Assembly: GCF_006345805.1 (NCBI RefSeq)
Contig: NC_043001.1
Coordinates: 24,924,001-24,988,000 of the forward strand
Source of the DNA: Octopus sinensis
Lineage: Eukaryota
Direction of reading: 5' to 3'
Length of the DNA stretch: 64,000 nt
Part shown: piece by piece, positions 38,187-51,797 of the stretch
How positions within the stretch are numbered: position 1 is the stretch's first letter
How the letters are laid out: each line of letters opens with the position of its first letter
Made by a program: the position numbers and the translations under genes
Notes under the pieces: generated by a model
The model's database searches: none
Told to the model about the DNA's origin: nothing
The model's input: the letters and a program-made list of their open reading frames with translations, nothing else

Positions 38187-38670
38187 CACCATAAATTTTC
38201 GAGTATAATCCACATTTTTCCCCCCAAATTTGAAGGTCAAAATCCCTAGTGCGTACTACATACGAGCTTAAAAATGAAAATAATTTTCTAAGCAATGTTC
38301 GAGTCTCTATTTGCTGTCCGGCAATGTTTATTCAGACGCATTTTGTGAAGTCGGGCGCAAAAATAGCTTAAATCATCCATAACTTGCAGTTAGCAACATT
38401 TATTAAACGTCATTACTGTTATTTCTTTATTTTCTGCAAACAAAATGCACAAAAAAGCTACACGTTTGCATTATGTTGTATATACAATAATAATAAAGGA
38501 CGTTACTGTATACAGTTTTATAAACCAAGGATGTTATATAGACCTCCTTGATTCAAGTTAGAGAAGGGGTGTGTATTATACACAAGGTTTAGGTTTTTCA
38601 GAGGTACAGCCGCCTAAAAATCCTCTGCGTATTATACTCAAGAGCAGACTATACTCGAGGATTTACGGTA
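38187..38670. mobile_element. Non-autonomous Tc1/mariner/pogo-type DNA element
   Basis: Terminal inverted repeats: caccataaattttcgagtataatcc and gactatactcgaggatttacggta. Confidence 0.75.
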
Positions 38671-40990
38671 CTTTTTCACAACTTTTACTAACTCATATAC
38701 ACACATGCCCTGCTTTTATATTCTTCATCCAACTTTCATTCAGCCAATGACCAGTGCATAAAGAACACTCATTCATAATACTATGTGACAGCGAGAGACA
38801 CACATGTTACTGCATCCACACATACATACACATGCAGTAACACACAACACACCAAGAACTAAGCATGCACAAACTACTACTCTTCTACATCCTACACAAA
38901 CTAACACAAACATGAAGAAATACCTCTCCCTGCATTTGCTCTCCATCCAACTTCCAGTCAGTCAATGGACAAATCTGTATGGCATTTTCACCAAGAATTC
39001 ACTTTTCCTGTTTCTCTTCTTTCTTCCTATCTGAAAAAGGGCAATATCTAAACACTATAACAATTAACTCTTCCCGTTTCTCTGAGCACCAAACTAATAA
39101 TTATATATGCATTTTTGTATGCCTTTTATATTTCAACAAAGAAATGGTTAACAGTGATGTCAGTGTTTTGGCTCAGTTGTCTTAAACACACTGTAACATT
39201 TTTCTGGTTTTTCCAAGTTTCCTATACATTTTTTTAGTTCACCTTATAAGTAGGGCATTATGATTGTATACTAAGTGTGGTTTGATAGAATATTTTAGTG
39301 ACATAAAAGGAAATATCTTTATTTCTTAAGTATTATCTATTGTAAATAAGAGGAGACATTACTATTTATGTGCATACATACCAAGAGCTGAACTGATATA
39401 TACATGTGCAACTATAATTTCTGTTACAACCTTGTAATTCAGTACCACTACATCATGATCTATATAGAGAGAAACATACACATAAGTTCATATATATATA
39501 TATGTATATATATGTATATATTAAAATTAGGTAGTTTTGGTGAAGCATTATGAAGTATAACTTTCAAGAATGTTGTTGTGTAAGGCCAGAACAATGCAAA
39601 AAGTTACCCAGAATTTTACAGTTTCCATCAGAGCAACCCAACATAAAAGGGACAATTTCAGAATTACGGAAGCCCTACTTATAAACACCAGCCTGCACAT
39701 GTCACCTTCTTCCTCTCCCCCCCCCCACACACACATCTGAGCAACTACCTTTTCCAACTATTTGCTATTTCCAAATGTCCTGAATAAGGAGTCTTCACTT
39801 TGAAATATGGAAATACACAGTAAAACTATTTGTTCTATTTTCTTTTCTTTTTGTAGTTTACCATGTACCTTTTCACATTGTCATGGCCTTACACAACAAT
39901 CTTCTTCAAAACATATATATATATATAAATTAGAGAAGAACCACCATGTAGAAATTCAACAATGATATACTTAAATCATACCATATAGAAAAAAATTAAA
40001 GATAGAGTAAAACATTTACCTAGAACTAAATAAAGTACGAAATAATGAATAAATAGTATAGAATTAGTAAATAGACTATACGTGTTATGTGGCTGTATTT
40101 TCAAATTGATAACAATAAAATCAATTCAATTTAAATATAGTCACTCATCAGGTCCAAGATAAAAACGATAAAATAATTAAATAAATGTATGTATATTATC
40201 TTATAAGAAAATATAAATATATATAAAAATACGTAATTTTTCAAAAAAAAAATCAAACAAAATTCAACAATGTATCTTAAAACAAAAACACAAAATATCT
40301 TATCGAATATGTCCTGTTAACTAAATCTTTATATATATATATAAATACACACACACATAATATATATGTCTATATAAATCTATACATACAATCACATACA
40401 AACTATGTATGCATATACATATAAACATCAATAGGTTTAGTGGTACAAACAAGAAAAATAGGATATATAAAACCACATGTATATTATATAGTCATATACA
40501 AATACGTATATGAATAATATATGTGTTAGTATATATTCATATATAGATATGTATGTGAATATATAATATATTCGTACCTTCACAAACCATCCTTCATTAG
40601 TTTCCTTAGTGACACCAAATTACTGAATATGATACCCTATCAAACAGTTCCTCCAAATCCATGAATAACAGGAAATATAGTTTACTCTTAGCCAAGTATT
40701 TCTCCTACAGTAGCTTCACTCAGAAGACAATTTATCATTTAACATCCATCTTCCATGCTAACATAGGTTGGATGGTTTGATAGGATCCAACAAGCCCGAT
40801 GACTGCATTGAGCTAAAAAGTCTGCTTTGGCATGGATTCTCTTCTTAATATCATTTATCTATAAATATTAATGTTTACCTTTTATGTCAAGTTATATTAA
40901 AAAAAAACAATTTAACTTTAAACTGAAGGACTACTTAATACTTGTTAGAGGAGTACATATTTATTACATTTTTACAAAGAAAAGGTTGAT

Positions 40991-41030
40991 AGTGACTTCG
41001 AAGTTTCAGCTTGCTCACCTTCATCTAACT
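40991..41030 (-). ncRNA. Degenerate hammerhead motif
   Basis: agt TAGATGA aggtgagcaagct GAAA CTTCGAAG T C act; palindromic ACTTCGAAGT and a GUC site; C3 and U4 altered; same family as 35142-35185. Confidence 0.45.
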
Positions 41031-41080
41031 GAAGAATATACATATCAAATGAAATAAAAAAACAGAACACAAAGGATGTC

Positions 41081-41175
41081 GCGGTACACGTGTTTCAAGC
41101 TTTATAAAACAACTTATTCGTACATCAATATATAATCGACATAACAGATGGTTTAAAGCTCTCTTCAGCTGTATG
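41081..41175 (-). ncRNA. Type I hammerhead motif with long stem II (left arm)
   Basis: CTGAAGA gagcttt...aaagctt GAAA CACGTG T A ccgc; palindromic ACACGTGT; stem I weakened. Confidence 0.6.
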
Positions 41176-41325
41176 CAATTGCTATACCAAAGACCTGTAT
41201 CACATTATGAAGATTTACAAACATACTTTCTCAGTGAAACTCAATATACCTACCATTATAGATAATACCAAATGTTCGTTTTCGGACTTTTCATAATGTG
41301 ATACAGGTCTTTGGTATAGCAATTG

Positions 41326-41421
41326 CATGCGGCTGAAGAGAGCTTTAAACCATCTGTTATGTCGATTATACATTGATGTAAGAATAAGTTGTTTTATAAA
41401 GCTTGAAACATGTGTACCATG
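41326..41421 (+). ncRNA. Type I hammerhead motif with long stem II (right arm)
   Basis: catgcgg CTGAAGA (41333-41339) gagcttt...aaagctt GAAA (41405-41408) CATGTG T A ccatg. Confidence 0.6.
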
Positions 41422-44211
41422 ACATCCTTTGTGTTCTGTTTTTTTATTTCATTTGATACATATATCCTCTCACCTCTGCTACTAGCTGGCATATACAGGT
41501 GCTTACATTTATCAAGTATTCACCCTGAATTTATTGTGGAATATACATATGTTGCATGCCTACTGTACTTCTTTTTCATATATGATTACTTCAGTTGTAA
41601 ATATTATTGAACAGGTGATATCAAATGGAGAGTGCCATTTTATTATCTTCAATGGTTATTTCGTAGTATTTTTCCCCCCCTTGTTTTAACTCTCCTGCTT
41701 TCTTGAAATTTGTTTTGCCTTATTAACAACACATTTCTTTCATGCTAATAACATACAAATGTTTTACATCACATATTTTCTTCAATATTTAGTCAACATT
41801 TATACACATAACTATATTCCAAATGATCTTGCCAAAACAAAAATTCATTACAAAATTAAGAACCAGCTTAAAATTTGGTTAAGAGAAAATGAACAACTGG
41901 GCATAAGACCATGGTATATGAAGATATATGTATTTATCTATCTTACTTTTGCTCTTCTAATAAAACTAGTGCTCTTTCTAATTAACCACTCTGTCTTTTG
42001 TTCCTTTTATCAAAATACTAATTTGATCTGTTCTTTGCTTCTAATTTGCATTCTCTTTATTTTGTCTTGAGAAATGGATACTATTTATTGTTTGTTTAAT
42101 ATGAATATTGAACATTCACTGGTGTGAAAAAAATATTACATACATACATATATATATGTATGTATCAGATGAAATCTTTTGTGAAGGAAAACAGAAATCA
42201 TCTTGTTTTGGGCTCAGCTTGTCTCTATATGAGATCAAAGACACCTGGTTCCAAACACACTCTTCCTCTTCAACTACTGTTTAAAACAATGCCAAAGGAT
42301 TGTCATCCATCAAGGAACACACATCAGTCAGATATTGGGTTGAAATTCTCTTGCGTTCCCTCTGTAATTATATATATTACTTACAATGATGTTATCTTTT
42401 TTTCATATAATTTATCTACATGATATTTAGGAATTTACTATCAATCTGTGTATACCTTTTGCTTTCATGCAATTATATGCATTTTTCTATCTACATACAG
42501 TCCAATAGTGCAACACAATGGTACTATGGTTGCTCAACCCTGCTAGAACAAGCAACCAAATCTCCCTCAAATTTTCACCCTACTCTGTGGAACAACTTGG
42601 AAAATATAGTCCTAATTATCAACCCTTTTTTTTTATTTGTTTGTCTGAAAAAGATTGGTACTGCTATTGTCACGTAATCTAAAAACAAATAACTGGATGA
42701 GATCTGCCTTCTTAATGTTTAAGCTTCAGGCTTAAAGACTTTTGTGATTAGAGAGAAAACATTGTTCTTGAAAGCAGATTGGAGAAGAAAGAGTGAGTAA
42801 AGGTGTTTTTGTGCAGCGTTGAGAGTTGAGACATGTTAATAAATTTGGAAAAGAAAAGACAGATTTGTTGAGTAAGTCAACAATTTCAGTGGAGTAGATG
42901 CAACAGCGAGTGGATGACACTGTTGTGTGATCAGAGTGATGGTGGGTGAAACCTTTCCCTTTTTTTTTTTTTGATCCAATCTGAATAGTAACTTGTATAT
43001 AAATTCCTTTATCAAGAGGCAGCTTTTTCCATGACAACAAACTCAATCAAAAATGAGCTTTTAAATATAGAAGAACTTTTGTCGTTGTGGATAGCTGTTG
43101 ATTTCTCCTTTTTCAGAGAGCAACACTGAAGGCTTCTGGGACGAAAACAATTGAATTTATTAGTCATTGGGCTTATCACAAGATCCTATAAATTATTTGC
43201 TTCTTTTTTAATGGTCAATGGTGTTTCTCTTATTCATGTAGTTAAATATCTACTTTTATAATACATGAATTTTCTCTGGAAAAAATATTACACTTCTCTC
43301 TCTCTATTGATGGCATCAATTCTTATTTCAGCTAAAATATTTTTTTTTTTTTATAAATGAATACATGACCTGTAATAAGCACACCAATTATTTGGTCAAA
43401 ATATGATTTTCCACTGCTCGATCATCAATTTCTCTTTTCAGTATTCTTCAAATCCACTAAAAGAACATTTAATAAATTCTTAAACAGTTGTGATTGATTT
43501 ATAGCTAGAGTTTCATTCACAATAACTATTGTCTCCACAGGTATTCTGTTTGTATTGGTTCCTCGTCTATTTTAAAAACTGGTCTATAAAAACGAAAACA
43601 CCTTTCTTCCTTCTTATTTCAGCTATCACATTGAGATGATTTCAATATTTCTCAAGGAAAAAAAATATTTAGATAACCTATGATATGAAAATATTCAATA
43701 ATTTGCTCATATTTGTTGAAAAATAGAGATGGTTTTTGATATCAAGTTTAATAGGATACAAAAATATTACCCAAAGAACTGATAGTTTGTATGGACTGTG
43801 TCTATAGCTAAGATACTTAAGTCTCAAATGATCCAGTTAACCATACTATAGTAGGTACCATAGGGTAACTTTTACTATAAACAGTGAAAGCTTTGTATAA
43901 TTAATAAGTGTAATTCATAGTGCTTAGTTTGATATTTCCTGGAGATTTCAAGAATGTTATGACAAGCTACAAACTAAAGTCCTCAAATTTATCTCAACTT
44001 TTTCATTTAATTTGACTCCTGCTATTGGTTATGGGCTGCGTATGAGGTTTGATATATCACAGTCCATTTCTGATAAAAAGAAAAAAAAGTTAGTTGTTTT
44101 CAGTTCTCTGAAATGCCGAAAAGAAAAAAAGAAATCTATTAATAAGTGTCAAGCCATCTCTTACTTCAAACACTAGTTAAAACACTTTTTCCCCCCCGCT
44201 TAATTTTTCCA

Positions 44212-44420
44212 TTAACCCTTTAGCATTCAAAACGGCCATATCTGGCCAAAATATTCTACTTGTTTTTATATTCAAAATGGTCAAATCTGGCCTCTCACAC
44301 CAACCCTACATTATCGTTCTAAAAATTAACTGCCACCTCATACAAATTCTCAAAGTTACAAAACAATGTGAATAAATGAACATTGCTTTTGACAAAATAA
44401 TGTGAACGCTAAACGGTTAA
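44212..44420. mobile_element. MITE, same family as 24134-24364
   Basis: ttaaccctttagcatt ... aacgctaaacggttaa; shared ggccatatctggccaaaa segment. Confidence 0.85.
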
Positions 44421-46905
44421 CTTCTGAAACAACTGATCTTTTCAGCACTCAAAACTTCCCTGTTTTTCCTGATGTATATCACTAATGAGCAGTTCACAAC
44501 AATCTCTGATTAGATGGAAGTGCACTTTATTTTTTCTTTGGTTATTACTCTCCACATAAAATAAAACGAAATGAACACAGATGTAATTGGTAAATTTAAT
44601 AGACTGCTCTATATAATATTTCAGGAAACATCTGAAAGATTTATGCCAATCTAATTGATAAATAGATGATCAATTACCAATATTGACTGAAAAACATCTC
44701 CATTTTATCAAACATACCAATGGGGATGAAAAATTGATATCTTTAAAAAAATAAAACAAATTTGGAAGATAAAATTGTAAACATGGTACACAAGTTACAT
44801 TAACTAAAGTTTAACTATTCTTCATTAGAGTTAGGGGTTAAGAAGGAATAGTGTTGTTCATTTTAAGAAAATTCACATGTGCACCAACATTCAACATAAA
44901 AAGACAAGAAGGTCTTCTAGTTCAATTAACTTCAATACAGCTGAATGTGAAATGATGTTGATATTTTTTAAATATAAAATTATTACTGCTTTCCTAAAAT
45001 ATGCACTGAAAAGCTGATATGGAGATGGTTATTTTCTTCCGATAAAAACTAACTTTGGTAAAGATTACAGAACTTCCAAAAGATTTCCAGTGTAACTACT
45101 TGCTCTACATGACTACAGGCAAAAAATTACTCTGTAAATTGCTTTCATCTATACAAAGACTATTCAGTAAAATATGAATAAAAGTATAAAGAGAAGAGTA
45201 AATAGTCCTGAGACTGTTTTTGTTTATGTGTTTTCTATTTGTTGTTATAAAAGGGTTTTGGAAAATGTTTTAACCTCCTCAAGATGGAATATTTGCCACT
45301 TTATTGCTCCAATAGCCTCATTTGATCAAACGTTTTACACTGACTGTAATTACATATGTGACACCCTACCATTTTAGAAAATGATTTTAGAGAGGTACTA
45401 ATCAATATTAGAAAGTTTTAGAAATTTCCAAATAAGAATATACTTTATTATTCTAGTAGAATCTACACATGTAGATCATAACTATGAAATGAAATCAAAG
45501 ACATAATCTTTTAAGCATACAACATTTATATTATTATTCATAAGTCATTTGACTGATAAACTATGGAACAAAAGTAAAGATATAATCTATTGTGGACACA
45601 ATATTTATTTTATTTGTATCAGCTACTGTACTTGATTCACCAAAAGTGTGGGTTCATGTAATATGAAAATATGAATACAGTACAGCATATTAAATTTTGT
45701 TAAAGGATTACCAACGTAGTTGTATTGCAGCAGAATGATATCATAATAGTATAAGACTTCAATTTCATTCTTAAGATTGTTTAAAGTATTTGCTGTATAC
45801 ATTATTTCTTCAATGCATTTTCAATGGTTTTGATAACATGATCACAATAGAAAGTGAACTATAAACAATTGCATGTAGCTCTTTGTATAGCATGTTCGCT
45901 TCTTGACATAAAGCTGAAAATATAGATACAACTCGAGGGAGAAAGAGTGGCAAGTGTATAATAAAGAATATAGTTTTCAAAAATATTCTTTTCTAAGACT
46001 TCACTTCCAATACTTTCTTAGAGGACTTTACACTATCTCAAAAAATAAATACAATTTCAAAAGAATTTATATATTCATTGGTTCTCTATAAACTTCTAGT
46101 TTTCAAACTAATTATAGAATTTCCATGAGTACTGCTAGTTCATAATAATCTACCTGTGAATATTGACATATTGTATATGACTGATGCATTGTATTACTTT
46201 GTTGTATGTGATTAGTTTCCAGATATTTGATTCTCTCAGTATTAAACTCTCTTTAGTGCTAGCTGTGAGGTGTATTATAAGAAATACAAATTATAGCCAT
46301 GCTGATCTATCAGTTTAAGTTGATATAATAGGATCTGAAACAACAATAGAAGAAAAGAAGAAGCCACAATGTAAGAAAGATGACGAGAAATGATCTCAAA
46401 TGGAGGAAGGTTTCCATTTCAGGAAACTTGCTTTCTTTTGGCTACAATGAAAATGATTAATGGCAAAGTAAGGAACATAATTCGACAAATTAAAAACTGT
46501 TGTAATTGCTATAAAGTGCTATATTTCTGTTCTTGCCACAGGTTATATGTATCTAACATCATCATTATCATAGCGCCTAATAGAATCACATTACCTGAAC
46601 AATGTCTGTTGACAAGAACTAAAACTTACTAAAAGTGATGATTGCCAGAGTGAGAGAATGATTTCCAATAATTGAGTTGACTGTGATTTAGAACAGAATT
46701 GAAACCATTACTCTTGATATATTAGAAGCGAGAAGAACAATGTAAATCGAAGCTAAATTGAATCAGTTATAATGGTCAGAAATATTAACTAAAGGTTGTC
46801 TATAGGGAAATATATGAAACTTAGTTAATAAATCTAACTCTTGTAAATGTGGCAGAACAAATCTATTGGTGAAGATGATAGCTAGAACTATACACGATGG
46901 GGATG

Positions 46906-46945
<40 letters not shown>

Positions 46946-47357
46946 TAATAACTATTTCTAATTTTTGGCTTAAGGTCACAAATTGAAGGAGTAAGTGTAA
47001 TCGATTGTAATCAAACCCAGCACTTGATCACAGAATGGTAAAAAGCAAAGTTAACTTCACCAGGATTTGAAATCGAAGGGACATAACTAAACACCATAAA
47101 TCATTTAGCCTGGTACTTTTTTGACTTTTATCATCATAATAACAAAAAAAAGTCACTCTCTTATAATTATATCTATTAAAATAACTGGACAAAAGGAGAA
47201 TTGCTTTGAAATTACTTTTCTAATTTCCATCATCTAAAGGTACTTTTGGCTGAGGAATGAGTGATGGATCAAAGTAGATACTCAGTCTTTGTTGGAAACC
47301 AAAATATGAATCTTTAGAAGAACCAGTAATTGTTATACTTATTTTGTAAATGTAATG

Positions 47358-47671
47358 TTAGAATTTCTGAAAATATTACTACAGATAATTAGTCTTGTCA
47401 TAGGTTTAGTGAAAAAAATAAACAACTAAAAAAAAATCTGTTTGTGGTATGGTAATACTTTTTTGTATTATTTCAGTGTTGATGTTATAAGAAAAAGTAA
47501 TAAACTTCTTTTTATAACTTTTGCCAACATCTGTAGGGCCTGTGTCAGTCAAAGTTGATTGTTCATCTGCACATAAATGTTCAGGAATAGATCCTGTTAA
47601 ACAGTCAAACTCATGCCAGCATGGAAAGCAGATGCTAAACAATGATGATGATGATGGTGATGACTGGCAGT
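47358..47671. repeat. Source-like copy of an approximately 310-bp segment re-used in both 48-49 kb units
   Basis: ttagaatttctgaaaatattac...gatgactggcagtt recurs at about 48509 and 49110 with a few substitutions. Confidence 0.95.
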
Positions 47672-48817
47672 TGCACATGCCTGCGAGTTTCTCTTCTTCA
47701 TGCTACTGACATTTATCCAGGCTAAAAGTCATTGACTTTGGCCAAAACAGTTTGGCACCAGTGTTGTCACAGATGCTTCTGTCAGAAAACAAAGAGCTGG
47801 AACAGATACCACGAATGAATCTTGTCTGACCTTCTAACAAGAAATACAAATTATACAACCTCTAACAGGGACCCCACAGAAAAACTTAGCAACAGATTAA
47901 TATATCATCCCTCAACTCATAGCATACACTCAGCATAGAAAATATTACATACATACATACATGAAATAAAAATCTTATAACATCTCAGTTTTCAATTTCA
48001 TGTATAATACTAAGGAAAAAAAAGCACATGAATAACTATATACTGGGCAAGCATTCAGAAAATTTAGTCAAAATAAGGAAAGTGTCACTGAACTGTCAAT
48101 TAATATACATAAGATCCATTGCAGCCTATACCAATCCTAAACTCGCTTCTGCTAATCTACTACTTTACAAAACAGCACACTTAGCACTGTCATGAGATTC
48201 ATATATACTCTGCCCAAAGACCAAATACTCAGTGAACACATATGCATTAAAGTAACTTCTTAAATATACATACATACACACACACACACACACATACATA
48301 CATACATACATATATATATTATATATATATATATATATATATCATCATCATCATCATCATCGTTTAACGTCCGTTCTCCATGCTAGCATGGGTTGGACGG
48401 TTCGACCGGGGATCTGGGAAGCCAGAAGGCTTTACCAGGCTCCAGTCTTATCTGGCAATGTTTCTACAGCTGGATGCCCTTCCTAAAATTTGTTTTCCAT
48501 ACTTACAGTTAGAATTTCTGAAAATATTACTACAGATAATTAGTCTTGTCATAGGTTTAGTGAAAAAAAAAATCTGTTTGTGGTATGGTAATACTTTTTT
48601 GTATTATTTCAGTGTTGATGTTATAAGAAAAAGTAATAAACTTCTTTTTATAACTTTTGCCAACATTTGTAGGGCCTGTGTCAGTCAGAGTTGATTGTTC
48701 ATCTGCACATAAATGTTCAGGAATAGAACCTGTTAAACAGTCAAACTCATGCCAGCATGGAAAGCAGATTCTAAACAATGATTATGATGATGATGGTGAT
48801 GACTGGCAGTTAATATA

Positions 48818-48860
48818 CAGTTGAAAAAGTCTCAAGTCTCAATGACTGAAACCGGTACTG
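48818..48860 (+). ncRNA. Type I hammerhead motif with U3:A8 variant core
   Basis: cag TTGAAAA agtc tcaagtctcaat gact GAAA CCGG T A ctg; 4-bp stem II, palindromic ACCGGT, GUA site ends at 48857, 3-bp stem I. Confidence 0.55.
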
Positions 48861-49432
48861 AAATGTTTTTTATAAAATTATTTTAGCATTTTTTATCTTG
48901 ACTTTTTTTTCCATATATATATATATAATATATATATATATATCATCATCATCATCATCATCGTTTAACGTCCGTTCTCCATGCTAGCATGGGTTGGACG
49001 GTTCGACCGGGGATCTGGGAAGCCAGAAGGCTTTACCAGGCTCCAGTCTTATCTGGCAATGTTTCTACAGCTGGATGCCCTTCCTAAAATTTGTTTTCCA
49101 TACTTACAGTTAGAATTTCTGAAAATATTACTACAGATAATTAGTCTTGTCATAGGTTTAGTGAAAAAAAAAAACAACTAAAAAAAATCTGTTTGTGGTA
49201 TGGTAATACTTTTTTGTATTATTTCAGTGTTGATGTTATAAGAAAAAGTAATAAACTTCTTTTTATAACTTTTGCCAACATTTGTAGGGCCTGTGTCAGT
49301 CAGAGTTGATTGTTCATCTGCACATAAATGTTCAGGAATAGAACCTGTTAAACAGTCAAACTCATGCCAGCATGGAAAGCAGATTCTAAACAATGATTAT
49401 GATGATGATGGTGATGACTGGCAGTTAATATA

Positions 49433-49475
49433 CAGTTGAAAAAGTCTCAAGTCTCAATGACTGAAACCGGTACTG
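49433..49475 (+). ncRNA. Second copy of the U3:A8 hammerhead motif
   Basis: Identical to 48818-48860; site ends at 49472. Confidence 0.55.
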
Positions 49476-49594
49476 AAATGTTTTTTATAAAATTATTTTA
49501 GCATTTTTTATCTTGACTTTTTTTTTCCATATATATATATATATATATATATACACCAAAGTCTTAGTAAGTAGGAAAGCAGACTAATCACAAA

Positions 49595-50620
49595 TCCCTT
49601 CAGGTAGATAGCCCTGCTCGATATGTAGAAAAGGGCATAGGTAGAAACCCTATAAGAAGTATCAGGTGTAAGCTGTGAGCACATAAGAGGTGCAGCGATA
49701 TCAGATGAAAGTTAACAGGGAAAATAATCTTTGTGTGTGGCAGATGCACAGGTACAATAAAAACTAGAAATATACAGAAAATAGTCTCCATCAAATGCCA
49801 GGGAGGATACCTAGAAGTAGTTGATAGCCTTAATTATCTAGGTAACCGTGTCAGCATAGCTGCTAGAATAAGAATTGGCTGGACAAAGTTCAGAGAACTT
49901 CTATCTTTGTTGATAACAAAGGGCCTCTCCCTCAGAGTGAAAGGTAGATTGTATGATGCCTGTGTGGGAACAGCAAGGCCACATGACAGTGAAATATAGA
50001 CTGTGACTGTAAAGGACGTGTGAAGACTTGAAAGAAATGAAGCTAGAATGCTCTGCTGGATGTGCAATGTCAGAGTGCATGTACAACAGAGTGTAAATAC
50101 CTTGAGAGAAAAATTGAGGATAAGAGGCATCAGATGTGGTGTGCAAGAGGGGTGACAGTATTGGTATGATTATGTGATGCATATGGATGAGGACAGTTGC
50201 ATAAAGTGCTGTTCTCTAACTGTGAAGAGAATCTGTGGAAGAAGTAGAGCCAGGAAGACATGGGAGGTGGTGTTAAAGCATGGTCTTTGAATGTTGGGCC
50301 TCACAGAGGTGCCAACTAGTGACTGAGACCTTTGGCTATATGCTGTGCTTGAAAAAACTCATTAAGCAAAATGAAATTGTTGTCATGGCCAATGCCAGTG
50401 ACAGATAACAGCATCCATGCCAATGACACATAAAAGACCCTATGCCAGTGACATGTAAAAGGCACCTGCTACACTCCTTGGAGTGGTTGGCATTAGGAAA
50501 GGCATTCAGCCATAGAAACCAAGCCAAAGTCAGACTGGAACCCAGTGCAGCTTACCAGTTCCAGTCAAATTGTCTAACCCATGCCAGCATCGAAAGCAGA
50601 TATTAAATATTAAATGATAG
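49595..50620 (+). mobile_element. 5'-truncated RTE-X-like LINE (PHD-type finger within the RT C-terminus) with 3' UTR
   Basis: PCSICRKG...AHKRCS...FVCGRC...LEVVDSLNYLG...RIRIGWTKFRELL...SLRVKGRLYDACV; tail aacccatgccagcatcgaaagcagatattaaat. Confidence 0.85.
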
Positions 50621-51797
50621 CATGTTGGCAGAACATTTTGAACTTGAATATTCCCTGAGTAAATTATCAGTTTGTCTACGACCATACTATAGGTTTGCTC
50701 AAGCAGAATTAACTTTAGCTATTTAGTAACAGAGGTAAAATAGCAATGTCTGGTCTAAGATCTAATACTTTGTGAGTGAGATATATTTTTTTTTTTATAA
50801 TATTTCATTTCTCACCAACATTCATAGACAGAAATAATATTGGAACACTTATTAAAAATTCTTTACCCTCTTCTAATTGAATTTAATGTCACTTTGCTTC
50901 ACATTAACATGAAAAAAATTAACATAAAAACAACATTGGGATTAAAAAGGAAATTTTTAAAAAATATAAACTGTTTTCAGTTTCTTGATTCTATAGATGA
51001 TCCACATTGCTAAAGCACTCTCAGTAGAAGTCTTTTATTGATTATTTTGTAGAGTATTGGAAAATTGAATATCTCATGTTTAGTAAGAGTTACGTAAACA
51101 ATATTTAGTTTGTTTCAGAGTAAGGTTTACACAAACTTCTTAAACATCTACAAGCTGGAAGTAAATAAATCAATGAAAGGGGAATGTTTTGTTCACTCTA
51201 CTAGCTATAGCTTGCTTCTTCGTTCATTTTCCTTGTTATAATTCCACTGACTATACACAACCTTTGCTCTATTAATAAAACGAAGTGATATGTGTTTCAA
51301 ACCTCTGAATAACTATTTTATGTCATAGCTCAGTCTGTAATGGAGACTGTGTCCGTGGTATTCACAGACCCTCCAAGACTGATAGAAATCAATCCTGTTT
51401 ATGTTTAGCTTCAGCATCTGGAAATTGATATCTTGTAGAAAAAGAGTAGGTAGAAAGTTTAATTTTAGATTGTTGACTCAAAAAAGATACAAATGTTTTG
51501 GCTTGGCTAAGCTTGACTTGACTAATCTTGGCTTGGCTAAGCTTGCTTTAGATGAAGGTGATATACAGTTATCTGGTTCAGAGCAACAAAGGTTATTGTA
51601 GTAATAATAACATAAACTGAAAGAAGGGGCAATATGTAGATGGACCAGAAGTTACAGTATGTTGGTTCTACTTGTCAGTCAGATTGTTTTCTTTTGAATG
51701 TGGTTTCAAATGTTCGTAACTCAGCATGTTTCTTTTGGACATGGTCCAGCAGTACTCTATTGTGGGGCTTCTGTGAACTTTGCAGAGTCAACAATTA

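Larger units (their letters stand above)
41043..41458. mobile_element. Fold-back element with 169-bp arms and a 78-bp spacer, one hammerhead per arm
   Basis: About 7 mismatches between the arms by eye. Confidence 0.9.
48310..49553. repeat. Tandem duplication with two units of about 600-615 bp, bounded by (TA)n
   Basis: Track ORFs at 48380 and 48981 are offset by 601; a 14-nt indel between A-tracts raises the offset to 615 downstream. Confidence 0.95.

Noticed and set aside
42730-42792. 63-nt symmetric candidate exon GLKTFVIREKTLFLKADWRRK with a gtgagt donor
   Set aside because: The acceptor is weak and there is no independent support.
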